DNA from: an uncultured Anaerolineales bacterium
GTDB taxonomy: Bacteria; Chloroflexota; Anaerolineae; Anaerolineales; E44-bin32
NCBI GenBank assembly: GCA_965195195.1
Contig: CBDAFF010000057.1
Span: forward strand, 16,074 to 80,073
Direction: 5' to 3'
Length of the DNA: 64,000 nucleotides
Part shown: positions 55,339-64,000 of the stretch, one piece after another
How positions within the stretch are numbered: position 1 is the first letter of the stretch
Layout of the letters: each line of letters begins with the position of its first letter
Notes under the pieces: model-generated
Seen by the model: the letters and a program-made list of their open reading frames with translations, nothing else
Databases searched by the model: none
What the model was told of the DNA's origin: nothing
Position numbers and translations under genes: made by a program

Positions 55339-55761
55339 TCACTTGATATCTATCTCACGGGGGGTTGCTTTGGGGAGAACGACCTTTAAAAAACCATCGC
55401 TGTACGTTGCTTCGATCTTGTCAGAATCAACCCGTAACGGAACTTTAACCTCAGAAGCGAATTCGCCGTAATCGATTTCCATCTGGTGATAGGTTTTACA
55501 AATGTTTGTATCTGGGCGGGTCCCGCGGATCGATAAGACCTGACGCTCAAAGATTACAGATATGTTCAAACCGCGCATGCCGCCAATCTCAACAACCACG
55601 ACAATCTCATCATCTGTTTCCAGGACATCGGTGGGAGGACGCCAGGCATGGGATCGTCGTACAACACGCCAACCCAAACCTTCTAAGGCCTGTCGATCCC
55701 AGGCGTCACTCTCACCCGACATCTTCACCACCCATTGTTTTGAATCGTACTCCTTATCCAT
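55339..55761 (-). CDS. Hsp20/alpha-crystallin small heat-shock protein
   Basis: PPTDVLETDDEIVVVVEIGGM...GEFASEVKVP...YSDGFLKVVLPK. Confidence 0.85.
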   Translation of the reverse strand: MDKEYDSKQWVVKMSGESDAWDRQALEGLGWRVVRRSHAWRPPTDVLETDDEIVVVVEIGGMRGLNISVIFERQVLSIRGTRPDTNICKTYHQMEIDYGEFASEVKVPLRVDSDKIEATYSDGFLKVVLPKATPREIDIK

Positions 55762-56038
55762 GATTCGCACACCTTTCGGAGCGTACTCAACCGAACATAA
55801 ATCATTCTACCACAGCGGTACACCGTCAAAGAAACAACGATATTTCGACCGTCACTGTTCGGCAATAGATCGCTCACTCCGTGTAAATTACAGCCTAGCG
55901 TTCCGAAAAGTAGCTCTATCTGCTTAAGCGAGGTCTAATTGATTTATCTCTTAGCTTGGTATCTTAAGCAACTTAAAGTACAATTTCAGGAAGACGAAAA
56001 TCGATTAGCTTCACTTTAGTGCCGCGTCGGAGGGTACT

Positions 56039-56485
56039 ATGGACCATACAGAGATTCTCGGGTCCGTCGAGTTATTTGAAGGCATCACTCCTGCCGAGCT
56101 GCAGGCTATTTCCGGAATCTGCAAAGAAATCACATTTAAAAGCGGAGATGTCATCACGCAGCAGGGCGAAACTGGAGATGATCTCTACATTGTCCTGGAC
56201 GGATTCGTTGAAGTTCTCCACAGTGGAACTGCGCCGGAGCAATCACCCCGCACCATCGTCCACCTCGGCAAAGGTCAGATATTCGGTGAGATGGCATTGG
56301 TAGACCATGGTCCTCGCTCGGCAACGGTGCGCGCGGCTTCCGATCCGACGAAATTGCTGATGATCCATTGTTATGACTTCGAGCAAGAATGCGAGGAAAA
56401 CCACCACCTGGGGTACGTTGTCATGCGCAACATCGCGGCTGACCTATCCTTCAAACTCCGTCATCGCCACTTTGCCGACCGCTGA
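56039..56485 (+). CDS. stand-alone cyclic-nucleotide-binding (cNMP) domain protein
   Basis: GDDLYIVLDG, FGEMALVDHGPRSATVRA (PBC-like). GGAGG Shine-Dalgarno. Confidence 0.8.
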   Translation: MDHTEILGSVELFEGITPAELQAISGICKEITFKSGDVITQQGETGDDLYIVLDGFVEVLHSGTAPEQSPRTIVHLGKGQIFGEMALVDHGPRSATVRAASDPTKLLMIHCYDFEQECEENHHLGYVVMRNIAADLSFKLRHRHFADR

Positions 56486-56494
56486 GGTGTAGAC

Positions 56495-56704
56495 ATGGCC
56501 GCAATCTACAAAGTGAGTTACGTCGTTTCGGGAGAAGATCATCCGGGAGCGATTCTGAACAGCGAGACATCACCACACCAAGGAGATGTGATCTCGCTTG
56601 GTTCAAGCGATTTCGAGGTAATTGAAGTAATCGATCTCGTTCCGCCACGCGGAGATTTCCATTATCTTCACGCGACTCTCGTGCGGACATCTAAAAAAGC
56701 CTGA
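56495..56704 (+). CDS. small hypothetical protein (69 aa)
   Basis: ORF begins 9 nt after the cNMP gene stop and has a GAGG Shine-Dalgarno. No motif recognised. Confidence 0.4.
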   Translation: MAAIYKVSYVVSGEDHPGAILNSETSPHQGDVISLGSSDFEVIEVIDLVPPRGDFHYLHATLVRTSKKA

Positions 56705-56724
56705 TCCCCCTCTCAGGATTTTGG

Positions 56725-57480
56725 TCAGAACTCAATCTTCATGAAATCCTCGGCCAGGCGGACATCCCCAGAGAAAGTACCCCTCGCCTCTTCCACCAAT
56801 TGAGCCATATCAGCATCACCCACAGGGTAGTGAATCAGAACTAAGCTCTCCACTCCCGCATCACGGGCTGTTGCCCCTGCCTGAGCGGCTGATGAGTGAC
56901 CGACGCTTTCACCTGTAGCTTCATGAATGAGCAATCCTGCTCCCTGGGCGAGGTCGATGACCGCCTGACAAGGCTCTGTATCGCACGAATATGCGATCAC
57001 CTTCCCGGTTGATTTAGCTTCAACACGCAAGCCGATCGTTGGAATTACATGACGAACTGGTGAGGAGTAGATCGTCACCTCACCTTGTTCGAGGATCCGC
57101 ACACGCTCATTCTCCGGAAGGCGATGAAATGCCACCGGAAAGAAGCCCGGCCAATCACCCCATTGGTAAAAGCCCATTAAATCCTCAACCCTCTTTAAAC
57201 AATGATGCAGTCCAAATATGCGTAAAGCCTCGCGCCGCCCCTCAAGCCACATGCTCATGAGGAGCAGAGGCAAGCCGCTAATATGATCTGGATGGAAATG
57301 CGTCAGGATAATATCCGTGATTTCCCCCAACGGGATTCCCACACGCTCAAGTCGCAACATAGGCGCGGTGCCGCAATCGATCAATACGGCACCATCCCCT
57401 GTTTGGATAATCATGTGCGAATTATCATGCTCAAGGTCAGGGATTGCTGCAGCAGAACCAAGGATGATTAATTCAGGCAT
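56725..57480 (-). CDS. MBL-fold metallo-hydrolase (RNase Z/ElaC-like short form)
   Basis: LTHFHPDH (HxHxDH), later CDTE and HEAT...H ligand positions. Confidence 0.8.
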   Translation of the reverse strand: MPELIILGSAAAIPDLEHDNSHMIIQTGDGAVLIDCGTAPMLRLERVGIPLGEITDIILTHFHPDHISGLPLLLMSMWLEGRREALRIFGLHHCLKRVEDLMGFYQWGDWPGFFPVAFHRLPENERVRILEQGEVTIYSSPVRHVIPTIGLRVEAKSTGKVIAYSCDTEPCQAVIDLAQGAGLLIHEATGESVGHSSAAQAGATARDAGVESLVLIHYPVGDADMAQLVEEARGTFSGDVRLAEDFMKIEF

Positions 57481-57483
57481 AGT

Positions 57484-58932
57484 TTATGATCCAGAAAGCA
57501 GCCATACAGCGACGCGCGGGGTTATAAATACCTCGAGAAACGCTGCGGCAACAAGGAGCGGCAGGACAATTCCGATGGATATTCTTGCCCATTCTGCAAG
57601 CGAGGTTATCCAACCCTCTCCTAACGAGCTCCCCTTAGGAAGGCTGATCGCAGCCATTCCCAGCTGCAAGATAGCCGCACCGGCGAGGATCGCAGCTGGA
57701 ACCTCAAAGATCGCATGCGGTAACACAAGCGCGGTTATGTACTGGGAGGCACCCAGCCCGGCCTGCGTCAAGGATCCCGCGAAGTAACCTGTAATCGCCA
57801 AGGGTGCCATCAGGAGAATTTCCGCCAGGACGCCGAAAGTAAAAACACCAAATATCGTCGCCAGGATGAGCGCTCGAATGTTTGCCCAGAGGATCTTTAC
57901 CACACCGCTTGGCGTAAGCATCCCAAATCCGCGCAATATCTCCAGCCAATCTTTATCAAACGCACTAACTTGAAATATCTCAGCTGGCAGCTTAAACAGC
58001 TCTGCTTGTTTATAACCCACAAGAAAGCCTGTCAAGAGGATAGCTGAAGTTATGAGTATTGGAAACCTAATGCGCTTTAATGACTTCGAGAATAATCCAC
58101 TATACCAATCTATGGGATTCCGGGCATCGGAGAGAAACGAAGACCTGAACCGCCTACCTGTCCCTCGAAGATCAAGCACATCAATCTCGCGGGCAAGGAG
58201 TTCCTCACGGTTGAAGAGTCGCAGCCCCATCCGCGTCAGGACAATCGCGATGAGCATCAGTGCGAGCACGATCCACCACAGAATATGATAGCGTCCCCAG
58301 AACATGATCATACTTTCGCCCATAATTAGCATAGCCACTGGAATGATAATAAAGGAAGCTAATAAGTTCGCAGCTCGCACAGAAGTGGTCAATGATGAGA
58401 TCACGACCGCGCCGCTGACCATTACCATTGCTTGGATTGTAGTTAGCGAAAGGATTTGTATCAACAGCTGAGGTGAAGGGACCCACTGTACTTTAACCAA
58501 TAATCCAATCAGATAGACGGTTATGCCCAAGTATGCCGCTGCGAGCGGAGGGACAAGCGAGGCTGCTGTCTTCCCCAGATAAAGCTGGCCATCGGATAAA
58601 GGGGTCGCCAGAAGCGGCTCCAAAGTTTGACGTTCGCGCTCCCCGGCGAAGCTCTCCAAAGCGATAACGATTGAAATCGAGATTGGAAAAAACCCGACGA
58701 CCATTAACAGGAAAGGGATCAGGCGTTCGCCAATGATCGGCGCACCGTAGCGGCCTACGAAGTCTACCGCCTGGCTGGCTGTGAAGTTCATCAGTAGCGG
58801 GAAGAATAAAGTCAGCAGAAGAATCGGCGCCAGAACTCGCCAATCCCGAAACTGATCTCTGATTTCCCGGCGGGCGACGATCCATGCACCACTGAACAGA
58901 GAAGTAGGGGCCGAAGCCTCAGCGGCCATCAT
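57484..58932 (-). CDS. ABC-2-type permease fused to a SpoIIM/DUF95-like membrane domain
   Basis: The N-terminal six-TM half resembles NatB-like ABC-2 permeases. The C-terminal half carries LPHAIFEVPAAILAGAA, resembling the SpoIIM-family PHGxxExPA motif. Confidence 0.6.
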   Translation of the reverse strand: MMAAEASAPTSLFSGAWIVARREIRDQFRDWRVLAPILLLTLFFPLLMNFTASQAVDFVGRYGAPIIGERLIPFLLMVVGFFPISISIVIALESFAGERERQTLEPLLATPLSDGQLYLGKTAASLVPPLAAAYLGITVYLIGLLVKVQWVPSPQLLIQILSLTTIQAMVMVSGAVVISSLTTSVRAANLLASFIIIPVAMLIMGESMIMFWGRYHILWWIVLALMLIAIVLTRMGLRLFNREELLAREIDVLDLRGTGRRFRSSFLSDARNPIDWYSGLFSKSLKRIRFPILITSAILLTGFLVGYKQAELFKLPAEIFQVSAFDKDWLEILRGFGMLTPSGVVKILWANIRALILATIFGVFTFGVLAEILLMAPLAITGYFAGSLTQAGLGASQYITALVLPHAIFEVPAAILAGAAILQLGMAAISLPKGSSLGEGWITSLAEWARISIGIVLPLLVAAAFLEVFITPRVAVWLLSGS

Positions 58933-59869
58933 TCATCCCCTCTTGTGAATCAACCTCTCTCACCACCTGAAGATAAACTTCCTCCAGACTCCGCTCGACC
59001 CTGGAGAGCGTTACCACGGGAATTCCGGCGTTCGCTAACGAACTCAGGGTCTTCGGGTTGACCACTTCTGGCTGCGAAGTGCTGTATCGGATCCAATTAT
59101 CACCTGACGCGATTTCTACGATCCCCTCTAGAAGATGCTCGCGCGCTCCGTCCAAAGAACACGCCAATCGCAGCTCCATAACCGGATCGCCAACCATTTT
59201 CCGCTTGAGCTCAACCGGGCTATCGTTCGCAATGATCTTTCCTCTGCGGATGATCGCGATTCGATCTGCGAGAGCCTCCGCCTCAAACAGGTTATGGGTG
59301 CACACGATGATCGCCCGATCGTCTGACCTCATTTCGACAATACTGCTGCGGACGTGGTGTGCACTCTCTGGATCCATCGCTGAAGTGGGTTCATCTAAAA
59401 GCAGAATCTGCGGTTCATGCAGCAAAGCTCGCACGAGTGCTAATTTCTGCCGCATCCCTTTTGAGTACTGACCAAGGCGGAGCCCGGCAGATTCCTGCAG
59501 CTTATACTCACCCAGGAGTGTGCGAGCCCTTTGTTGGATCTTGGAAGAATCTATGCCATAGACACTCCCAAAGAAATCGAGGTATTCAGCTGCGCGCATT
59601 CTTGTATATAGACCGTGTTGTTCCGTCAGCAAGCCTACAACGCTGCGTACAGCCTCTTGTTCATGGGCAATATCATAGCCTGCGATTTTAGCGCTGCCGC
59701 GTGTCGGCTTCAGGATTGAGGCCAGCATCCGAATCGTCGTGGTTTTTCCTGCTCCGTTCGGTCCTAGCAACGCGAGGATCTCTCCCGGCTTTACATGGAG
59801 CGACACATCATCCACTGCCGTGAAGGTCCCAAACATTTTACAAAGGGAATTAGCTTCGATACTGCTCAT
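58919..59869 (-). CDS. ABC transporter ATP-binding protein (ABC-2/NatA-like)
   Basis: Walker A GPNGAGKTT, signature YSKGMRQK, Walker B LLLDEPTSAMD. Confidence 0.9.
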   Translation of the reverse strand: MSSIEANSLCKMFGTFTAVDDVSLHVKPGEILALLGPNGAGKTTTIRMLASILKPTRGSAKIAGYDIAHEQEAVRSVVGLLTEQHGLYTRMRAAEYLDFFGSVYGIDSSKIQQRARTLLGEYKLQESAGLRLGQYSKGMRQKLALVRALLHEPQILLLDEPTSAMDPESAHHVRSSIVEMRSDDRAIIVCTHNLFEAEALADRIAIIRRGKIIANDSPVELKRKMVGDPVMELRLACSLDGAREHLLEGIVEIASGDNWIRYSTSQPEVVNPKTLSSLANAGIPVVTLSRVERSLEEVYLQVVREVDSQEGMNDGR

Positions 59870-59884
59870 CACTTAACTCGGCGC

Positions 59885-59914
59885 ATTATAGCAAGTTCTT
59901 CCGCGAACCTTCAA
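59885..59914 (-). promoter_or_regulatory. candidate promoter of the ABC operon (TTGAAG-N18-TGcTATAAT on the minus strand)
   Basis: TATAAT with an extended TGn lies about 15 nt upstream of the ATG at 59869, which implies a very short leader without a Shine-Dalgarno. Confidence 0.45.
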
Positions 59915-60080
59915 TCATCCTTCCGTCCCAAACAAAACCGGGCTATCTCAAAGCTTTGCCCGAATACGCAAGCAGAGCCTGCGCACTCCATAATACGGTG
60001 TTCTGGCCGTGCAGCTTCCTGTGGTTCGATGGTTTGTTGGTTTTTCTGGAGTCAGGAAGCGCTGCTTTCGCTCGCATGTT

Positions 60081-60110
60081 AAAACTTCCCGCAGGTTTAA
60101 ACCCTACGGG
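60081..60110 (-). terminator. probable terminator of lgt
   Basis: Minus strand reads CCCGTAGG-GTTTAAAC-CCTGCGGG (one G-U) followed by AAGTTTTAA. Confidence 0.4.
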
Positions 60111-60215
60111 AGGTTGGATGTGTGATACCGGTGGGCTGACATACGGATCGACCCCTACGGCTGGATAACACAGGGGGAGCGGTGTGGACAGTAGGCCCTT
60201 CCCACAGAAAATATA

Positions 60216-61016
60216 TTAAGCCGTACTCTCCTGGCGATGGCGCAGAAAGATAACCAAACCACTGGCGATGGCGATAAGAAGCATAAATCCTTGATTGAAG
60301 TTGATCCCAAAAAGTGGAACATAATCCAATCGAATAAATTCCAGTAAAAGCCGGCCAAGCGGATATGTGATCAAATACACGAGGAAGAGATCTCCGGATT
60401 TCAAACGATCGCCGAATCTCCGCCATATCCAAAGGAGAAAGAACATATTGAGTAGATTCCAGATGGACTCATACAGGAAGAGCGGATGGAAATACTCAAA
60501 AGCCGCATATTCTGGAATGCGATTCTGGGGAGCTATATAAATCCCCCATGGAAGATTGGTTGGGGGGCCATAAAGCTCCTGGTTGATGTAATTACCCCAG
60601 CGGCCGATTGCCTGGGCTAAGGCAATTCCAGGAGCGGCGGCGTCGAGCAGCGTTCCTATCTTAACCTTATTACGCTTGGAAAAGATATAGATGCCCAGAA
60701 CCCCGCCGATGATCGCTCCAGGCATGGCTAATCCCCCTTCCCACGTTGTGAGGATCATTAACGGGTTCTGTAAATAATCCGCAGTTGTGATCCCGGAATA
60801 ACGCGATGGCGTTAATACGTGGTAAAGACGCGCCCCGATGACGCCAAAGATCAGCACCCATGTTAGAGCATCCCAGACAATCTCGGGGTCCTCTCCCATC
60901 TGACGCAGCATCCAACGGGCGATATACGTGGCCATAACTACCCCGAACATGATAATCATGCCGTAGTACCGAAGATAGAGGAATCCAAGATGGATTCCGT
61001 ATTGATCGAAAGACAT
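60216..61016 (-). CDS. lgt: prolipoprotein diacylglyceryl transferase
   Basis: RYYGMII, GARLYHV, GRWGNYINQELYG, HPLFLYES. Confidence 0.9.
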   Translation of the reverse strand: MSFDQYGIHLGFLYLRYYGMIIMFGVVMATYIARWMLRQMGEDPEIVWDALTWVLIFGVIGARLYHVLTPSRYSGITTADYLQNPLMILTTWEGGLAMPGAIIGGVLGIYIFSKRNKVKIGTLLDAAAPGIALAQAIGRWGNYINQELYGPPTNLPWGIYIAPQNRIPEYAAFEYFHPLFLYESIWNLLNMFFLLWIWRRFGDRLKSGDLFLVYLITYPLGRLLLEFIRLDYVPLFGINFNQGFMLLIAIASGLVIFLRHRQESTA

Positions 61017-61020
61017 TGGA

Positions 61021-61632
61021 TTATCCTTTACGTGCTTGCCGGCGGACGCTGATGATTCGCTGAAGAGCGGTGATATTTGCGAGAATTGCGATTAAAGCTA
61101 CGCCAATCCACGGGTAGCCAAATATTAGACTAGGGACAAGGATGATGAATCTCTCGAAGCGAGTTAACATCCCCCCCTTCGCCTCATACCCCAAGCTTTG
61201 CGCACGTGCTCGAATATAAGATACCAGGATAGATCCTGCTGTTGCCGCAAACACCAGCATCACCAAAGTTAGATTAAAATCCCTAACAGCGTAGAAGAGC
61301 AATCCAGCATATATGACCAATTCCGAATACCGATCGGTGACTGAATCAACAAACGCTCCGAAGTCACTCGGCTCACCCCGTAATCGCGCCATAGTCCCGT
61401 CGAGAGCATCGATAGCTCCCATTGAGAGCAGAATTAATCCGCCAACCATAAAAGAACCAATGGCCAGGAAATATGCGCCAATCAAGTTTCCTACTAAACC
61501 CGAAATCGTTAATGTATTCGGAGTGATCCCTAATCCATTAAGGAAGGCGCCGATCGAGTCGAGAAGGTTCTTAAAGCGAATCCGAAGTGCATCCGTTAAA
61601 GTGATTGTTTCTTGTTTTGACGATTCATCCAT
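61021..61632 (-). CDS. CDP-alcohol phosphatidyltransferase family protein (PgsA/PIP-synthase-like)
   Basis: DALDGTMARLRGEPSDFGAFVDSVTDR matches D-x2-DG-x2-AR-x8-G-x3-D-x3-D. The ATG at 61632 is preceded by GGAGAG. Confidence 0.85.
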   Translation of the reverse strand: MDESSKQETITLTDALRIRFKNLLDSIGAFLNGLGITPNTLTISGLVGNLIGAYFLAIGSFMVGGLILLSMGAIDALDGTMARLRGEPSDFGAFVDSVTDRYSELVIYAGLLFYAVRDFNLTLVMLVFAATAGSILVSYIRARAQSLGYEAKGGMLTRFERFIILVPSLIFGYPWIGVALIAILANITALQRIISVRRQARKG

Positions 61633-61695
61633 GCGCAAGATTCTCTCCTCATTCAGGGTTATCGAGAGGTATGCTAACCGTAGACATTGTAGTGG

Positions 61696-63939
61696 TCAAG
61701 TCGAGTCTTCTTTTTCCTCATCTGTGCTAGCTGGAGCTGATGGGTCTTCATCTGTTCCCATTAAAACCTCACGTGTTCTTCCACCAGCCTGTGGTCGGCC
61801 AACAACGCCTAATTCTTCCAATTGGTCCATCAACCTTGCCGCCCTTGGGTAGCCAATTCTCAGGCCGCGTTGGAGTAGTGAGGCGCTGGCTTCATTGCGT
61901 TGCCTCACTAACTCGATAGCTTGTTCAAGAATCTCATCTTGATCCCCTAGAGAAGCCTGGCGGTGAAGCAGCTCTTCCCATGGCGCTTCTTCAGCTTCAG
62001 GAGAATCATCACCAAGTTCCTTTTGCCAATAGGCCTTCAACCGCTCGATTTCCCCATCGGTCACATAAACCCCTTGCAGGCGGACCGGAACACTCGCTTC
62101 CGGGGAGAGGAAGAGCATATCACCCTTCCCCAACAGTGTCTCTGCGCCAGAAGTGTCGAGGATTACACGTGAATCAATGCCGGAGGCGACAGCGAAGGAA
62201 ATCCTGGCGGGAAAATTCGCCTTGATCAACCCCGTTAAAATGTCGGTGCTTGGTCGCTGTGTAGCGACGACGAGATGGATCCCCGTCGCGCGTGCCATCT
62301 GTGCCAGTCGGACGAGCGTGTGCTCCGTCTGATCCGGCGCCATCATCATCAAATCCGCCAGCTCATCAATCAGGACAACAATGCGCGGCAATCGCTCGAC
62401 ACCTTTCTTGCGCCTGGTTTTCCGGTTGTACATTTCGATATCGCGCGCTTTGGTGGACTCCAGGAGCCGGTAGCGCCGATCCATCTCAACCGTACACCAA
62501 CGTAATACTCCAACAATTCGCTCCAACTCTGTCTCAACCTTACCCAGCAAATGAGGAAGCGCATTAAAACGAATTAATTCAACCATTTTCGGATCGATCA
62601 TCACCAGGCGCATGTCTTCCGGTGTGTTGTTCATCGCCAGACAAACAGCGATTGAGGTAATGGATACCGACTTACCGGACCCGGTCGTCCCGGCGATAAG
62701 AAGATGCGGCATCGCCGTCAGGTCGGTGGCAACCGCTGCACCAGCCACATCTCTGCCCAACGTCAGCGCTAACGGAGACGAGATCGACTGAAAGGTATCC
62801 GTTTCCAATATCGGCCGCAGCCTAACGATCGAGGGCTTGCGATTTGGAACTTCGATACCCACGTACGCATGCCCAGGAACCGGGGCTTCGATACGCAGGC
62901 GTGGAGAGGAGAGTGCCAACGCCAGGTCGTTTGCTAGAGCAGATATTTGGGAGACGCGCACTTTCTGCCGCTGAACCACTCCATCCGTGCCTTTGTGCTC
63001 GATATACCCGGGCTCAACTGCAAACTGCGTCACCGATGGTCCAGTGCGAAAATTAACAACGCGCGCTGGTAAGCCAAAATCGGCCAGTGTTTTTTCGATC
63101 AGACCTGCAGCAAGGTTTATCTCCCTTGACGTAACGGCGCCCTTTTTCTCATGCTCGAGAATATCCAGCGTTGGCAGCCGGGGATCACGCTTTGAGGGTT
63201 GGCTTGGTTTTTTATCCGCGGTTTGTGCAACCTGGAAGTTCTTCCGGAATTCTCGCGGGAGCCTGCGAACAGACTGGGCTTTCACTGGTTTTTGCGCATC
63301 TTGCTGCACTTTCGAAGGTTCAGTTCCAGCGAAATTTCCTCTCTCCGGAACAGGCGGAGCACTGCCAATCGTAGAAGACCCCAGCCCATCGATCATCCGC
63401 TTGAGGAAATCCCCCACCCCAAGAAACAGAGAGATGAAAAAGATCAAACTTAGCACAAGAACCCGACCGAACCCTCCAAAAATGTCCCCCATAAGCCGGG
63501 CAAGACCCCAGCCCACGATGCCCCCGCCTGATCCTGCCTCTGCCTCGGCCAGGCCCATCCCGCTGAAAGTCGACATCAAAGCCAGGGCAGCGAAGAGAGC
63601 GATTTCCAACGAAACGACTCGAAGCCAGGATACCTGGACCCAATCACCACGGCGTTTCCGGATTGAAAAGTAGACAGGAATACCAAGAACGATCGGAGCC
63701 AGAAAGGCCCCAAAACCCAACCCTGTTCGTAAAAGCTCAATAAGTGGATCTATCAAACCACCACGAGTGAGGCCGAAGAGCCCAAGCAGGATAATTATCG
63801 CAACTGCAATAAGAGCAACTGCGACAATATCGCCCATCGAATCCATGAGTGTTTCGAGCACAAGACGCGATTCCAGCCCTGCTCGATCTTCTGGAATTTC
63901 CTTTTTGTTTGAGCTGTTCTTGGCTTCTTTCTTTTTCAT
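61696..63939 (-). CDS. ftsK: DNA translocase FtsK/SpoIIIE
   Basis: N-terminal TM helices, a Lys/Pro-rich linker, Walker A GTTGSGKS, VVLIDELADLMM, and a C-terminal winged-helix gamma domain (ASASLLQRGLRIGYPRAARLMDQLEELGVV). Confidence 0.92.
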   Translation of the reverse strand: MKKKEAKNSSNKKEIPEDRAGLESRLVLETLMDSMGDIVAVALIAVAIIILLGLFGLTRGGLIDPLIELLRTGLGFGAFLAPIVLGIPVYFSIRKRRGDWVQVSWLRVVSLEIALFAALALMSTFSGMGLAEAEAGSGGGIVGWGLARLMGDIFGGFGRVLVLSLIFFISLFLGVGDFLKRMIDGLGSSTIGSAPPVPERGNFAGTEPSKVQQDAQKPVKAQSVRRLPREFRKNFQVAQTADKKPSQPSKRDPRLPTLDILEHEKKGAVTSREINLAAGLIEKTLADFGLPARVVNFRTGPSVTQFAVEPGYIEHKGTDGVVQRQKVRVSQISALANDLALALSSPRLRIEAPVPGHAYVGIEVPNRKPSIVRLRPILETDTFQSISSPLALTLGRDVAGAAVATDLTAMPHLLIAGTTGSGKSVSITSIAVCLAMNNTPEDMRLVMIDPKMVELIRFNALPHLLGKVETELERIVGVLRWCTVEMDRRYRLLESTKARDIEMYNRKTRRKKGVERLPRIVVLIDELADLMMMAPDQTEHTLVRLAQMARATGIHLVVATQRPSTDILTGLIKANFPARISFAVASGIDSRVILDTSGAETLLGKGDMLFLSPEASVPVRLQGVYVTDGEIERLKAYWQKELGDDSPEAEEAPWEELLHRQASLGDQDEILEQAIELVRQRNEASASLLQRGLRIGYPRAARLMDQLEELGVVGRPQAGGRTREVLMGTDEDPSAPASTDEEKEDST

Positions 63940-64000
63940 ATCAGTTAATGCGGATTGTCAAATAACGGCCGGGCGCGCTCTGCTGCACACTCGGTAAGCG

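Noticed and set aside
59915-60215. Tested the lgt-ABC spacer by eye for SRP RNA, 6S RNA, tmRNA and RNase P RNA.
   Set aside because: None of the conserved elements is present on either strand: the SRP helix-8 motif (GGAA tetraloop with AGCA symmetric loop), the tmRNA 3' tRNA-like end, or the RNase P GAGGAAAGUCC/ACAGAAA elements.

Overview
Gene-dense chromosomal window with about 58 protein-coding genes. I found no rRNA, tRNA, CRISPR array, transposase or integrase. Gene content looks like a monoderm, Chloroflexota/Anaerolineae-like organism (YfhO-type membrane proteins, SpoIIE/RsbU-type partner switching, archaeal-type apgM, Lgt plus a Lit-like protein); this taxon guess is inference only. 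Housekeeping blocks: rel (truncated at the left edge), a parvulin PPIase and rpsF-ssb-rpsR. Next come PGM/PMM, tatD, a polyprenyl synthase, a STAS/RsbW-like/GAF-PP2C partner-switching set, upp and a Ser/Thr kinase. A glycolysis block follows: pgk, gap, membrane-anchored yvcK, an orphan MalK-like ATPase and apgM. Further right are the pgeF-yggS-yggT-yggU tail of a division cluster, a csoR-copZ-copA copper locus joined to ccdA-tlpA-(Grx::DUF2085), and GNAT-mogA-MFS. The right end holds lon, hsp20, an ABC exporter, lgt, a CDP-alcohol phosphatidyltransferase and ftsK. Five regions deserve a second look. (1) 24.1-32.8 kb: five translationally coupled giant polytopic membrane-protein genes arranged as a duplicated A-B/A'-B' pair plus a fifth gene, followed by MoxR-DUF58-fused spermidine-synthase-like-DUF1461. 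(2) 32.76-35.24 kb: an AT-richer islet of three small orphan genes (two lipoproteins), bounded by an ~80-bp direct repeat with a 41-bp exact core that carries divergent promoter-like boxes. Each gene ends in a copy of one conserved terminator hairpin. (3) 35.2-38.4 kb: an apparently leaderless two-gene unit encoding a coiled-coil zinc-ribbon protein and a membrane-anchored NACHT-HEAT STAND NTPase, followed by an array of five abutting hairpins. (4) 50.5-52.2 kb: a PHP phosphoesterase fused to a Schlafen/AlbA_2-like domain and an unrecognised C-terminus. (5) 46.7-48.1 kb: an orphan 461-aa protein. All functional calls come from motifs I read in the translations. No database search was possible.
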